From NCBI GenBank assembly GCA_015680685.1, contig MNCI01001077.1, positions 439,627 to 503,626 of the forward strand: DNA of 64,000 nt. The letters are read 5' to 3'. How positions within the stretch are numbered: the first letter of the stretch is position 1; every line of letters begins with the position of its first letter. Shown here piece by piece: positions 50,921-64,000 of this stretch. The notes beneath the pieces are model-generated. The model had not been told where the DNA came from. It saw nothing but the letters and a program-made list of their open reading frames with translations, and ran no database searches. The position numbers were made by a program, and so were the translations under genes. The stretch is from Gnetum montanum. Its lineage: Eukaryota > Plantae > Gnetophyta.

Positions 50921-51929
50921 CTGGGTTCGTGTCGGATCCTCAACATGCATCGTCACCGAATACACATCGAATGAAGGGGCATGATATCGACACGTGGGTG
51001 GGACATCATGACTCCAAGACACAATTCCCGAAGCAAGGAAAACACAGTCCGGGGCATGCGCATCACCATCTTCGATGTCATGCTAACCCTTCGAAGACAT
51101 CCTATGATGTCACATGGGCCCTTTAAACCTACCGTCGCTATGGCCCCCTGCCCTGATGGTAGCTCCTAAGCCTATTCCTACTTCTGAGGTGCTGATAGTA
51201 TTGTGGCCTAGCCACCATATTGTTGTACTTCTGTTCCCCATCAAGGTTTCAACTCGCACAATGTTCAACTATGTGGTAGTTGATCCCATAGTTGAACTCA
51301 GTGTGCATACCTTTAGCGGGGATTCCAATGCATCCGCACCCCCAGTACCCTGCAGAATAGCTCCCTCCACGATCGGTGCTACCAAGACCATTACTAGCCT
51401 CCCTGATTCGTGAATCTCACACCAGTGATGGTGCCCAAGTGTAATAACAATGCCAACATCCCGCAAAACATTGTCCCTGTAGATGCATCCCCCTACAGCA
51501 GCAAAGGCTACAGCATCGTAAAGTGAATTCCTGGACTAACATGGTTGTTTGAAAGTGCAAATTATGGCACATGCATAACACAAATTGTCATGCAGAAGGC
51601 TTTAATAGATAGGTTAAGACCCTTCGTGGATGTAATACAACTCATCATACGGAGGGGACACCCACCTGCGAGAGGTTGAAGAACAGTGCCAACCAAAGAT
51701 GAAAATGCAAATGGGCCCCTTAGAGCACTCCGACAAGGGACTTAGCTAAACATCACCTCTGCTCTCTATGTTAACCTTCGTAGCACTAATGCAACACCCT
51801 CGAGCACAGCCAGGCGATGTCCCAGTACTCACTAAGCGACAACCTCAGCGTTTCGCTTGCTGCGGTGTTTCGTATTCTTTGCTGACAGCCATCGAGCCTG
51901 TTCTCCAGTCATCGATTAAGAGGGGCCAA

Positions 51930-53628
51930 TGAAACACCCTAAAAGAAAAATGCGAGGTCATCCTGGCTTCACCAGGCTCTCACAGTCTGCACAGCACCAT
52001 GGCAGTCCATCGGGAAAAGAAAGTTTTGAGTCCAAGATGGCCAGTTCGGTAAATTTTCTACTTTAGGCATGGGTGGGTTCCATACCAACCCATCCACCTA
52101 CCAAAGTAGTTTGAATAGCTAACAACCTGCTTAGAAATGGTATCCAAAATTGGTGACAGTATCCTAGGTGCACAAGAGAAGTAGTTTGGCAAGTTTTCTA
52201 AGTCAAAAAGCTTGCTACGCTATGATGTGTACTGTAGCAAGCCTCAGAAAATAATGGTAGAATGAGATGTTATGCTACACGATGACATATGACGTAGCAT
52301 GACAACAACTTCACTACTCACCTCCCTCACCCAATCTCAAGTTCTGCAGTGATGTCTCTTTTTTCTAGGAAGCAGTGGACCATGTCTGCTACTATGCTAC
52401 ACTAAGCTACATGGCGTAGCAAGGCATAGCAGTCCTGCAGAAAGGGACAGAAGGTGGTTCGAAAGGTGAAATCAAAAAAGTTTGCAAAACTTGCACTATG
52501 GCAGAATAGGTCAAAAATTAGCAAAACTTTCGTGATCAAGGCCAGTCACTACACTACGTAGCGTAGCATCATGTAGCAAGTATGTGATGTAGGGCAAGAC
52601 AAGCGGCAAGGTGCTACGCCACGATAAGCAAGCCACGTCACAAAACATAGCGCGACATGCAGGTGGCAGTGTGACATTAATGCACTCCACCTCAATCGGA
52701 TGATTGGCACATGCCTCTAGGAGCTAATGGTGCAGTCGTGACGTAGTAGGGTCACAGTTATTACTAGCATCACAACAGTCTTGAAAGCTCAACAGTTACA
52801 AACAGCTTGAGTAATGCCAGTAATGTGGCACAAGTCTGGGACATGTAGTATTCAAACGGTCACCTTTTCTTACCTTCAGCCCTATAAATAGCCTATCAAA
52901 CAACACAAAAAGAGGTCTGTGAGAAAAAAAGAAAAAGGGAATCTCCTTGGCTGAAACAAAAAAAAAAAAAAGATACCTACAATCTTACAAAAATAAAGGG
53001 AAAGGAAAGGAGAGGCAAGAAATCTGTAAAAGGAACCTCTGTCGATTGGCATAAAGCTCAGGTCCTTGTTCTATCACCTTGGTAGGATCCAGCCTACATT
53101 GTATATACGTGAAGTCTGTGCCCAAGTGCACAACTATTCCTATTTCCCGGCATGGTTCGGTCACCCTTGGAACTTCTGCACTCCATCACGATGTGCAGTC
53201 GATTGTATCCCCCATGACTGGACAGATTTGTAGTTCTAAAGCAGTGCATGTTCCTAACTGTATCTTATGTTACCTCGTATTTACTTTTTTGCTTCCTTGT
53301 ATTATTTTCTATTTTTTTACCTTCAAGCATCGTCTCATATCATTTCCACACTTACGTTTATTCACTATTTCGCATTGTTGTTGCATTTTTTTTAGTTCCT
53401 TTCTTTTCCCGTTGTATCTACCCATAAGCACCATCCCATAACTCGTACAGTTTATATTACAAAAGGCTATATTAACGCCGATGTAATTCCATATCTGATT
53501 GACTAGACCATTCATGGCACCCTGTGTTCGCACACACTCAGCACCACCCTCCCGCGGGCATGGCGTTGGAACTGTTGTGTCCACCGACCTTGGCATTCTT
53601 CTAGCCACTAAAGTTTTTGGTCACTATA
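51930..53628 (+). repeat. 3' LTR of B (~1.7 kb), preceded by PPT aagaggggccaa (51918-51929)
   Basis: Homologous to 27417-29075; terminal CA has mutated to TA. Confidence 0.93.
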
Positions 53629-53633
53629 GAGCC

Positions 53634-54447
53634 CAAAAGGCATCATGGTGTAACAAAATGTACCCCATTGGGTCATGAAGGTCATTGCTAGCTGATGCTC
53701 TAGGTTGATGGGAATTTGGTTGTAGTTGAAAAAGCCACCCATGAAGGATAAAAGAGCATGACCAGCCATATTGTTGATGAGTTGATCAATGCTTGGAAGT
53801 GGGAAGTCATCCTTGATCATTTCTTTGTTCAGATCCTGGAAATCTATGTAGATTCGTATTCCTCCCGTTTTCTTGGAAACCACGATGATGTTGGACACCC
53901 ACTCTGAATAATCAACTGTGTGGATGAAACCGGCTTGGTATAGCTTGGTGATTTAATCCCTCACAGGTACCATAATTTCTAGTTTGACTTTACAAGCTTT
54001 CTGCTTGACTACCTTCATGCACGGGTCTAGGACAATGTTTTGTTGTACCAACCATGGGTCTAGACCCAGCATGTCACTATATGACCATGTGAAGACTTTG
54101 ATGTTCTCTTGTAGAATTTTGGCTACGTTCTCATGTGTCTATGTGTCTAGGAGGGAGCTAAGCTTTAATGTTTCTACCTCCCCCTTGGATGTGGTTACTA
54201 GTGTCTTGATGAGAGGATCCTTAGTTACATCCCTGGCCTCTAAATCTAAGGTTCAGACTAGATGCTCGGGCCAGTCTGGGGATGCTTCTAGAGATGCTAT
54301 GGTGCTAGCAGTGGTCGACCCCCAATCGATTACGTCTAGGTTCAACTGTCTCGTGAGCCTACCATGTGGACCTACTAGGGCTAAAGGCATGGAGAGATCG
54401 CGATGGATTTCCATTTTCTACTTGACTTGTAAAAACTCGATGAAAGC
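53634..54447 (-). pseudogene. pol: pol of C, 5' part (RT N-terminal half)
   Basis: IDFQDLNK, DDFPLPSID, GTFCYTMMPFG; continues at 27411. Confidence 0.92.
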
Positions 54448-55069
54448 CTGGTTAAGAGCCACTTGTTGGTAGTAATCACATGTAATGAAAACTTGCAAAG
54501 AAATGATGAGATGTAATCAATGAAATATGATGTAAAGATCAAAATTTTTGTGCCATTTTAAACTTATGGTAGATTATTATGACATGGAGATGCAGAGTTG
54601 CTAAAATAGGAAATGCCAAGTTGTAGATGCAAAAATGTGAAACTGCTGAGGAATGCAAAATAGCCGATGCGAAGTTGTGTTTTTGCAAACGTGTAGCAAA
54701 TCAAAAAATGCTAGTTTAAGGTCTTTCTAGACTGATAACAAAAAATATTTTTTTTTATTTTTTCGTTTCTCTGGAAAGTAAGCGATTTGCTTGGAGTGTG
54801 TCAAGGGTTTAAATGCTAATAGTGCCTCGATGTCATGGTGATCATGCTACGCTATACGGTGCACTTTGCATTAAATGGAGAGAGAAAGTGGAAATTTTTC
54901 CTCTTTTCACCATTATAGCCATAAATAGGAATTAAGCCCTAATAAGCTTTTCATTCTTACCGTAAGAGTGCAAAGTCCAATTTGGAGTCCAAGGCAATTT
55001 TAGAGTGATTGTGCTTACAACGAGCAAGGTGGTTTTCTGTGTAGCGGTGAGGAGGAATTTGCAAGTAGG

Positions 55070-58000
55070 ATGATGGCTCCAAAGAAGGAACACATAAATT
55101 TGGCACTTGCAATGGTTGACGAGGCGAAGCAAATCCTAGGGTGCATGACACAAGTGTGCATCACGGTGCGGAAGGATACACCATTAGTTCGGTAGGCTCC
55201 TATGCTTACTCTATTTTTTCATGATTTTGTTATTGCTTCTTGCTTCGGTTTTCTACTTTCATTTTGTATCCTAGCCTTATCCTTTTTTTTCTATTATCAC
55301 ATTTTTTTGGCCTTTTCATTGCCACTATTTCCATTTTGGCTATGGCAAATGCATAAACGCTATGCTGTCGTTGCCTGCAAGGTCTCTTAAACCACCACTA
55401 CCGCGGTTGTCATAAACATGGGGCTTTGGGTAGTTTAAGTTATGTGGTCTTTGAGTGGCATGACGTAGGACCCCTAGGAGGGTTGGGCCATGTGTGATGT
55501 TATAGTGCAACACATGTTCTATCATGGCATATTTCTTAATTGTCCTATTAGGGTTAATTTCTCTGTTGCTATGCTACCAATTTCATGTTCTTGCCACACT
55601 ATGCGTGGAAAGAGGGTTATGCTACGCTATGTGTATGAACCGCTAGGTATCCTTATGTTGTGTGCGTATCGTACTTAGAGATGATGCTAACACTTGCTGG
55701 TTGTATTATGCAGGGTCGGGATAAGGCCATTCCTGATTATTTTAGAGATTAGAGGGGTCTTGTGTCATGTGAGCAAACTTATTGCCAATGCTTCTCCTCC
55801 CTAGATACGTATGGGAGAGCGGGGGGTCTGGTTTAGGAAAGGGGCATAGCACTTCCTATAGCTCCTCCTTGACCATTTCAGTGTGATTGTTTGGTCACCC
55901 CTAGAGGAGGAGGAGGCAGCCAACATAACAAAAATCATATTTCCTGGGGCAAGTTGGGGCATTCTGAGGTTTCTGACTGATGGGTAAGTCATGACTAGGT
56001 AGGGAGAAGGATCCAGTCAGTGCCCAATAGGGTTAAGGAATTTGGCCTGGATCTAGGATATGCCTGAGTACAACTGCTACCACAACTTCAATAGACTTTT
56101 CCTTCACGTTACATGATGACGTGATTCTAGAACCCTCAGGGAACTGTTTATTGTGCTGGTGGGTGAGTTTTGCAACCTTGCTCCATTGTGTTTGTGCGAC
56201 ACTAGCCATATTGGCCAAATGCTAATAGTATACATTTGTTACCAAGTTCTATATTAACAAGGATGGAGTTCATGGCCTACCAAGTGTACTGGAAATAGGA
56301 CAGATATCTCTGTAGGATTTTTCTTCTACTAAGAACCTGCAGGCAGGCATGGTTGGCCAAAGTGGGGGTGAATACTGCACCTACCCAAGCACGTATTCTA
56401 TTCCCTACAGTTAGTGTGAGATGTAGGTTTGGCTGGATGAGGACTGGGTGCAACCCTTTAAACCAGTCACGGTTGAATAAGTTTGGGTTGAACTTCCACT
56501 ATTCCCGTTACTATATAGGTCTGGTAGGCCAACCAGTAACTAGTGTATGCTCAAGTTATTTTTGCAATCTTTGTACTTTGTGCATTTTCATGCTAAACAT
56601 TTTTATGAAAACTGTTTCAAGGGTGAAGAAATCTGAGGAGGTGATGGTGGTGACTGCTGAGGCACAGGGGGTGAACATCTACTTCAAGTACAGTGAAGTA
56701 GAGGTGAGCTAGCATTGGATAAATGGTGGGCCATTAGACTTCTTGGTCCAAAACATCAAGAAGGGTGGACTTATGAATCAATTCTTGACCCTAAATCTGA
56801 ATGTTCCTACTGCTAAGATGCTTTTTCTGGTCAACCCCTTTTCTAAAAAGGCAAGCCACTTCTGCATGCACATATGGGGCATGTGGGTGGTCATTGAAAT
56901 CAATGACCAACTGTTTGCAGACCTATTTGGTGTTCCTACTGAATGTGTCCTCATAGGGTCGAGGGGCAAGAAGGAGTTGATCATCCAGAAGAAGGATATT
57001 CAGAAATGGCTAGGGATTGCAAAGGAGCGAAAGGGGCTCCCTATGGATAAGCTCAAAGACAGGCACACTTTGGAGATCTACCGTATCTTTCGTGCTCGTG
57101 TGTTCCCCGAATTGCTTACCCAAGGGAAGGTCATGGGGATTTAGCAGGCCTAGATAATGCATGAAGTTATGGAAGAGGGGGCCCGCTAAAATTGGGCAAG
57201 CTTCCTATGTAAAGGATTTTAGGCTGAAATATTGGGACACCGTAAAAAATTGGAGTCCCGTTCCAACATACACTATGCCTTCTACATAGGTTGTCTGAAG
57301 TGCTTCACGGAGTTTCTGGTGGTTCAAGAGAATGGAGTCTGGGTCATGTGCAATCGCAACAAGATTTCTAGACCATGGATTAGACAGATCTTCCAAACTA
57401 TGCAAGCCCAAGATCCCCTAGAAATGATTGGGGATTTGTTCTCCATGACGACTAAAGATCAGGTGGCCTGCAACGTTCGTGGGTAGAGTAGCATAGGAGA
57501 GTCATCCCACATCGTAGCCTACAGCATGTCACAGGGGGAACATATCATGGCCGAGACTATTCCCAAAGAGTTGCGGTGGAAGAGGCCTCCTCCAATTAAG
57601 GAAACCCTTCACGTGGAGGAAGAGGAGCGGCAAATACTATGGCTTAAACTATAGAGGACGCAAGCCCCCATTGGTAAATGTTTTTGTCTAATGATTATTT
57701 TGTTATTGTCTGCTACACTATGCTACGCTAGGTGATGTAGCATAGCATGGAATCTACTTTAAGCTAACTTGTTTTGTGCTAATCCAAACATGTTTCTTTG
57801 CTAGCAGAGGAAGAAAAAGAAGAAGAAGGCGATGAAGAGATGTCGGCCCCTAAGACGGGGACGATGAATAAAGACACGGAGGTCCTAGTCATGGAAGAGA
57901 GGGCCCCTGTCAAGAATAAAGGAGCTCTTGTCGCTAATTTAGGGGCTCTTATCATTACGGATAATCCTCCTACTAACAAAGAGGGACCTCCCTTGAATAA

Positions 58001-59489
58001 AAAAGACACTAGTCTCCTAAAATAAAAGGCACTAGAGCATGAAGAAGAGGCTTGTACAGACTTCGCAGGGACTTTTTCCAAGGCTACCACTATCATCTTG
58101 CATCATCAAGAATAGAGACCACAATCAGATGATGGTGAGTTTGGCAATATGTCTACCTTATCATAGTCCCTTTCAGCCATTACAGACATGTTTAGTTATG
58201 TAACAGGTGCTACTAGCGATGTTGTAGGACCCCCTCCGATTCATGCGGAGTCATGGGCTGAGATCCCCGACAAGTTCATGTTTGTGCAGGGACTTGTTGA
58301 CGACATGATCAAACATCTTCAGTAGGTAGACTCTGACGTAAGTAAGTAGTGATGCTAAATGCTCTTATGTTACTATGATAGAATTTCTTTTGAGTTTGCT
58401 AATCTTGCTATGTTAACGTGATTGTTACGCTCTTTGTGTTATGGAAACCTCTCGACTCAAATGGGACTTAGCATGACCTATGAAGGTCAACATTGTACCT
58501 ACATTTCCACCTGAAGTGACCGAGGTGTCTTGTAGTGCATATGATAAGGCTTGCAAATGCGTCTTGCACTCAGCATGCTCCTTGTGAGAGTATAAGCATG
58601 TCAATGAGCACCTATGAAAATACGTCTAAAGAGCTGAGCTGAGAGAGAGAGACCTGGTCACCAAGGTTGAGGATCTCAAGTCAAAGAACGAGTTCATCAT
58701 AGCCCATGACACTAATAATGAGGATTGGTGCATGGCTGTAATAGACTACACTAGGTTTTGGACTATCGTACATCAACACGTTGAAGCCACCCATGAAATA
58801 ATCGAACAACAGATGCAAATGGACTTGCTAGCCTAGAAGTGTCAACATTTGAAAGTCGTCAGTGCCAAGATTCATCAATGGGAACAGTCCCATAGAAACC
58901 ACAAGCACATGTATAAACTAGAAAATGCCATCCATTATAGACTGTACAAGGATGCTATTGTGGAGGCATTTACGTGTGAAGCATTCATAAATGCCATTGA
59001 CACTTCTGAGGCCTATGCCAAGTTCAAAGAGCAGGTAAAGGTTATAGAATCTCTTGACCTGAGAGTGGACCTTCCTACATGAGAGACTGCAACCATCTCC
59101 TTTTCCCTAGGACCACCAAGGTGGAAAACCATTGAAAGGGAGAGAGCTAATGCAGATGCTAAACCAAGCAACAAGCGTTGAATGGACATTACGACATAGG
59201 AGGTCTAGCATTTCCTTAGGCTCGGTTTGGACCTGATACCCTTTGAGTAAGTCAGAGGCCCTTCTCAAGTTAGTCTCTTTACTGTATTGATGTTTATGCT
59301 CTATTGTAGTTTGTGTTTGTTGCCCTAACTAACCGTTTCACTCTTGCGATGTAGGCTCCATATGAGGGTGTAGGGCCCATAGAGGTAAGGAATGAGGAAA
59401 CAATAGAGGACAACATGGGGGAAGGTGATGCAACAACGAATGATGTAGGAACAAATGGTGAAGATGATGCAAATAGAAACAACCCATGA
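55070..59489 (+). pseudogene. Antisense multi-exon accessory gene of C (FCP1/NIF-like + accessory domain + coiled-coil)
   Basis: MMAPKK at 55070; acceptor at 55712, then RPFLIILEIRGVLCHV...WFRKGA*HFL*LLLDHFSVIVWS; donors at 56163, ~56527, 57674, 58135, ~58338, ~59268; LFADLFGVP...NWASFL (56743-57210). Confidence 0.78.
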
Positions 59490-59649
59490 CAACATGGGAT
59501 TTTTTTAAAAATCTTAAACTTTTGAATTTTTGTAGAAGTTTTGCAAACATTGTCAATAGGAAAAAATTTTGAATAAAAGAAATAATTTTGGAAAATAATT
59601 TGATTCTACATAAACTTGTGCATTGCATAAAGTTTTCATGCTTTTGCAT

Positions 59650-59860
59650 GCTAGTTTTAGGCTATTTCGGGCTCTTGCTAGTTTTAACCCATTTCAGGCT
59701 ATTGCTAGTTTTAGGCCGTCTCAGGCCATTACTAGTTTTTGAGCCATTTTGGGCTATTTCTAGTTTTAAGCCATTTTGAGCTATAGTGTAGCATTCCAAA
59801 AGGATGGCATGCTATCAAAGAAAAAAGCAACGATGCTAGTTTTAGGCCATTTTGGGCCAT
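59650..59860 (+). repeat. Tandem ~27-bp repeats ctagttttaggccatttcgggc
   Basis: About 6 copies; position homologous to those in A and B. Confidence 0.85.
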
Positions 59861-59999
59861 TATGTAGCATGCCAAAATGGATGGTATGCTAACAAAGCAA
59901 AAAGCGATGAATGCACAAGGGATGGAAACTAGGCAGGAAGTAGAGGAGTTTCTACGTTGTGCATATCTACCTCTTGATCCATCATGGGTTGATTGAAAC

Positions 60000-62900
60000 G
60001 TAAGGCCAAGGTATTTTTCCAGGACCCTCGTCCACATCATTGTCCCCCTCTTGGAAGGGAAACTCCACCCATGCGCTTTCGTCGCGGAGACCGGCTTACT
60101 AAGCCGATTCTCCTATTGGATGTTCAATGGATGTGTAAGTAGGAATTTCATTCTCAAAGGTTATGACCTTTGAGCCCTAATCCATTTCTGCATTACTGAT
60201 AGCTTGTGCTACTATTTCATCACCATGGATCACCACCTTCCCACCTGCATATGGTAGGTGGATTTCCTAGTGTATAGGTGAGGAGACAACCCTAAGTTGT
60301 GCTAACCATGATCTCGTCAAGATCAGGTTAAACCCAGGCATGTCCTCAACCACGATGAATGTTTCATTTGTGGGGAACTGGTCCTCTACTACAAAGTCTA
60401 TGTGAACTGTGCCTTTCACCAGGACGCATGCCCCATTGAATGACCTTAGACATGACGTTGTTGTGGGTTTGATTTGATTAACCATGCCCAACTTGTCCAA
60501 AATAGGGATGGTGATGATGTTCATGATAGCCCCATCATCAACGTGTCCCCTTAAAACCAGTGTTGACGAACCTGAATTGTGATGAAACAAAGAGCCGTGG
60601 TCACCTGACCCCTCTCAGGATCTTCCCTAATGGCATCATCACTAAAAGTCAATTTTCATGTGTTAGGATCTATGAGTGCAGGGGGAAGCATGACTGAATG
60701 GATCACTTCCTCTTCCACTAACATGTCTTCATTGAAAGGAATCAGCATTAGCATGTGGATCAAAGCCTCACGGTGAGCTATAGATGTCATGATTAGGTTG
60801 TACAAGCTCAGCGTAGTGTTTTTTTGTTTTAGAGCTTGTTCAACTTGGGTGAGGGCATCCATCGGGTCTTGGCTACCTCCCTTTTTAACATTTTCCTCCT
60901 CTTCAATTTGTCCCAAGAGATGAATTTCTCAAGGAGGGGAAACTTTCGGTCTAGGTTTAGATCGTTTTTGGTAGGGCAGCACGGACTGTGTAGTTATGGT
61001 AACATTCGTCTTTGGTGAAAAGGATGCAGATGCAGGGGGTGGAGACGTAGGGTCAAAATTACAAGGGGTGGTACTTCCCCCAAATGTTTCTCCTATGAAA
61101 CACACTTGCCATTTTTTAGGATGAGAAGGTTCTTAATTTATTTTATGTAAGGTGGGGGCTATCGACTGGGTCAGCCCCTGATGATGAAAGGAACTAACGG
61201 CATTAGTGGATGAAATGGCACGATTTTCCTAATAGGTGGTGTAGAGATGGGTGCCTATGGAGGGACTTTTAGGACAAAAGGTTGTTACGAGCTTTGGTTA
61301 GCTGTTCATGGTGCTGGTGCACTATGCTGAGGCACATGGACCATGAATGGCTGCTAGGGTGGCCTAGGCTCACTGTCAATGCTGATGGAATTGATGACGT
61401 AATCATCATTGTTGGTGTTGAGGGGGTCTATGTAGACATGCATAGATTTTTTTTTAGAATGTACTGGGTTGCTTTCATCCAACACCATATTTCCCTAGTT
61501 GATCAACCTCTAGATGTCATCTTGCAATGCCAAACAGTAATCCGTGTTGTGATCACATTGTTGGTGATAGTCATAAAACTTGTCCAACTTGAAACCTCTA
61601 GGAACTAGGGGCTTGTTGAGTAGGGCCAAAGAAGGGTTCCTAAGGAGCTCACAGTAGCATTGATGTCTACTGATTTCTTCCTACAACATTTTCTTGTATT
61701 AAATGTGCCCCACTACCAATAGATTCTTTAGAAGTTTCGAAAGCTTGAGAGGTAATGGGATGTAATTTGAGCAATCTTTATGCTCAAAGTTTGGTTTGGG
61801 TTGTCTAGATATCTAAGGTATGAGTACTAGAAGTTGCGACATGTTGCCCTGCTTGGGCATGGGGTTAGCTACGGGTATGGCTGATTTTGTGTTGCTCTTG
61901 TTACTATTGTTACTTGGTCTAGGCTTGGCCTTGGTTACCACAGTGACCACTATGGTTGTTGGGGCCTTACCCTTGTCCTTCTTTGTGAAGGTGTTTTTGT
62001 AAGTGATGTAGGCCAGGTCTTTGCTTGTCTTAGCCACATACTGTATACTCTTAGTTTGAGCAAAGGCTTAACTAAGAGTGCGGGGGGAGAGGTAGTACAG
62101 TTTAGACTTAATAAATTTGTTCACTACACCCTTAAAGATGGCCAACAAGTGGGCTTCCACGATGGGCTCACAAATTTCATTAATGGTTACACTCTAGTGC
62201 TGGATGAACTTCTGGATGAGTTCCAGAGGCTCCTACATCACGCTCATCAATAGGTCCAGTGTGGTTTTTGGCTTTAAGTTATACTTGAAGCGTGTCACGA
62301 ACTGGGTCAGAAGCTCTTCTAGAGTTGAAATGGACAAGTGTGGCAGTGCATGATACCAATCTAAAACTTTTTTAGCTAGAGACATGGCGAAGACACAAAT
62401 AATCATGTGTGGCCATTGTTGCAATAGGAGAGATTTAGACCTAAAGGTAACTAGGTGTGCATTGGGATCTCCCTCCCCATCGTACTTCATAAAGTGTGGG
62501 AGAGACATACCTAGGAGTAATGTTAGAGTAGGGATTGTAGAGCTAATGGGGTCATCCTGGTAAAAGTCCATGACTTCTACCATGTCAGACCCAATAGCCT
62601 TGAGGCATTTTATTTCCTCGACAAGGGTTTGGATGAGCTAGAACACTTGATCCAAACCTTGAAATGGTGTAGACATTTGAGAAGCTACTAAGGTAGCCCC
62701 TACCTATGGAATGGAGAGGTAGCGACATGACCCATCGATGGTACCATTGGAATAGCCCCCGTGAGTGGTGTTGCTTGCACTATCCACCACCTAGCAGGTG
62801 GTGCTATTGGAGAAGCAACCACAATTTGAGCCAGTAGATAGATCAATTGGGCTACCGACTGAATAGACCATAGCACCATGTTAGGTTGTATTATTTGTGG

Positions 62901-63718
62901 GGTTTGGTAGGTCTGAGAGCTAACATGATGAGACATTTGTGATAGTTGTGGAGCAGGTGAAGAAGCAAATGGGGTCCACCACATGGACAGGCCCTAGCCT
63001 GCCACAGTGGGTGGAACAGATGTGAATGTATGAATTGACATGGAAGTTGCGTAAGATTGCAAAGCAGGTACAATATGAACATGCGGTAAGGTAGCCATGA
63101 TCGGTGTATGATGTGCTATAGGAATGGACTGATGAATAGTCTATAGATGCATAGTTGCTGCAAATGAGACAAGAGAATAAGGGCATTGACACATTGGGAA
63201 TGTGACATGGCTGCCCATTGCGATTGTAGTTGTAGGCTGCAGGAGTGTAGCCGCGATGACAAAGGGAGTGGTGACAGATAACAGGTTGGCCCAAAAGGAC
63301 TAGGTAGGAGGGACAAGAACAGGGTTGGTTTGACCTTCCTCATTATATTGGGAATTGAGTTCCTCATGTTCATCTTGAAAAGAATCATCTTTGTTGGATG
63401 CTTTGTCTTGTTGCATGCTAATCCTAGCCAGCTAGATTAGTTGGTCTAGCAGCCTTTGGTTTACTTGTGTCAAAGGTATGGAAATGCTGGGAGTGGGAAC
63501 AAACTCCTTCCCATCACAATAAGAGAACTCGAAGCTATGTTTTCTTTCAAGCTCGTGTATATCCAAAGGCAGGTTTCCCTGAACCTTTGCATAAAGGAAG
63601 TGGTAATGCTCATGTTGCTGGGCAAACCCTCAGGTTCTCAATTTTGGATCCTAAGGGATTAAAGTATTTCTAGTGTTGGATTCAATGGTTGTTCAGCACT
63701 AGTGATGCCTTGAACCAT
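60000..63718 (-). pseudogene. gag: gag-protease of C
   Basis: KYDGEGDPNAHL..KVLDWY; HVDDGAIMNI...LILTRSW; colinear with B's gag-PR. Confidence 0.9.
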
Positions 63719-64000
63719 GATGAGAACCTCCAAGTTGAAGGTGTTAACAATAGGAGTTTTGGAAGTCATTTCTACTAAGCTAGATAGTTTTGCAAATGCA
63801 AAAAGTGAGGAAATGAGAAAGTCGAGTAGTTTTGTGTAATGAGAGGTGCAAAAAAGTTGGCGAGCAACCAAAAAGAAAGATGATCAAAAAGGCTTTATAT
63901 CTTGCTGGGCACAACGTAGCAACAATACAAGAGCAGTAAGAAAAGTTTCAAATGCAAGTTCATCATGTTCAAAGGATCTCCTCACAAAAAGTAAAAGTTA

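Larger units (their letters stand above)
27417..53628 (+). mobile_element. Element B: full-length Tat/Ogre-like gypsy element inserted in C's RT
   Basis: Two homologous LTRs, PBS, PPT; TSD GAGCT (27412-27416) / GAGCC (53629-53633) splitting C's MPFG|LKN motif. Confidence 0.95.
22558..64000 (-). mobile_element. Element C: Tat/Ogre-like gypsy element; 5' LTR lies outside the window; interrupted by B
   Basis: gag-PR (60-63.7 kb), spacer, RT start (53634-54447), RT to INT continuation (24751-27411), PPT, 3' LTR. Confidence 0.9.

Noticed and set aside
51114-51466. Possible 3' extra/env-like ORFs (also 865-1645)
   Set aside because: No recognisable motif and no peptide conservation among G, B and C that I can see.

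Overview
Eukaryotic (land-plant-like) heterochromatic block made almost entirely of nested, mostly decayed Ty3/gypsy LTR retrotransposons of the Tat clade (Ogre-like; PR-RT-RH-aRH-INT order, tRNA-Asn PBS), with assembly gaps at 35.7-40.3 kb. No host gene is evident. Nesting, inferred from LTR termini, TSDs and split reading frames: element D (+, 20850-21707) is hit by A (-, 4500-20849) and by LTR E (-, 21708-22557); E is hit by C (-, 22558 to beyond 64000); C's RT is split by full-length B (+, 27417-53628, TSD GAGCT/GAGCC); B is hit by a younger, unrelated element F (~35.8-43.4 kb). Fragments G and H lie at 1-4.5 kb. Main observation: in three diverged elements (A, B, C), protease and RT are separated by a 5.5-7 kb intron-like spacer. 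The spacer carries an ANTISENSE multi-exon gene with conserved GT-AG intron positions. It encodes an N-terminal FCP1/NIF-type (HAD, Pol II CTD-phosphatase-like) domain with altered catalytic motifs, a 'GxP...NWA' transposon-accessory-like domain and an acidic/coiled-coil tail. All copies here are pseudogenised. Domain calls are by-eye motif recognition, not database results.
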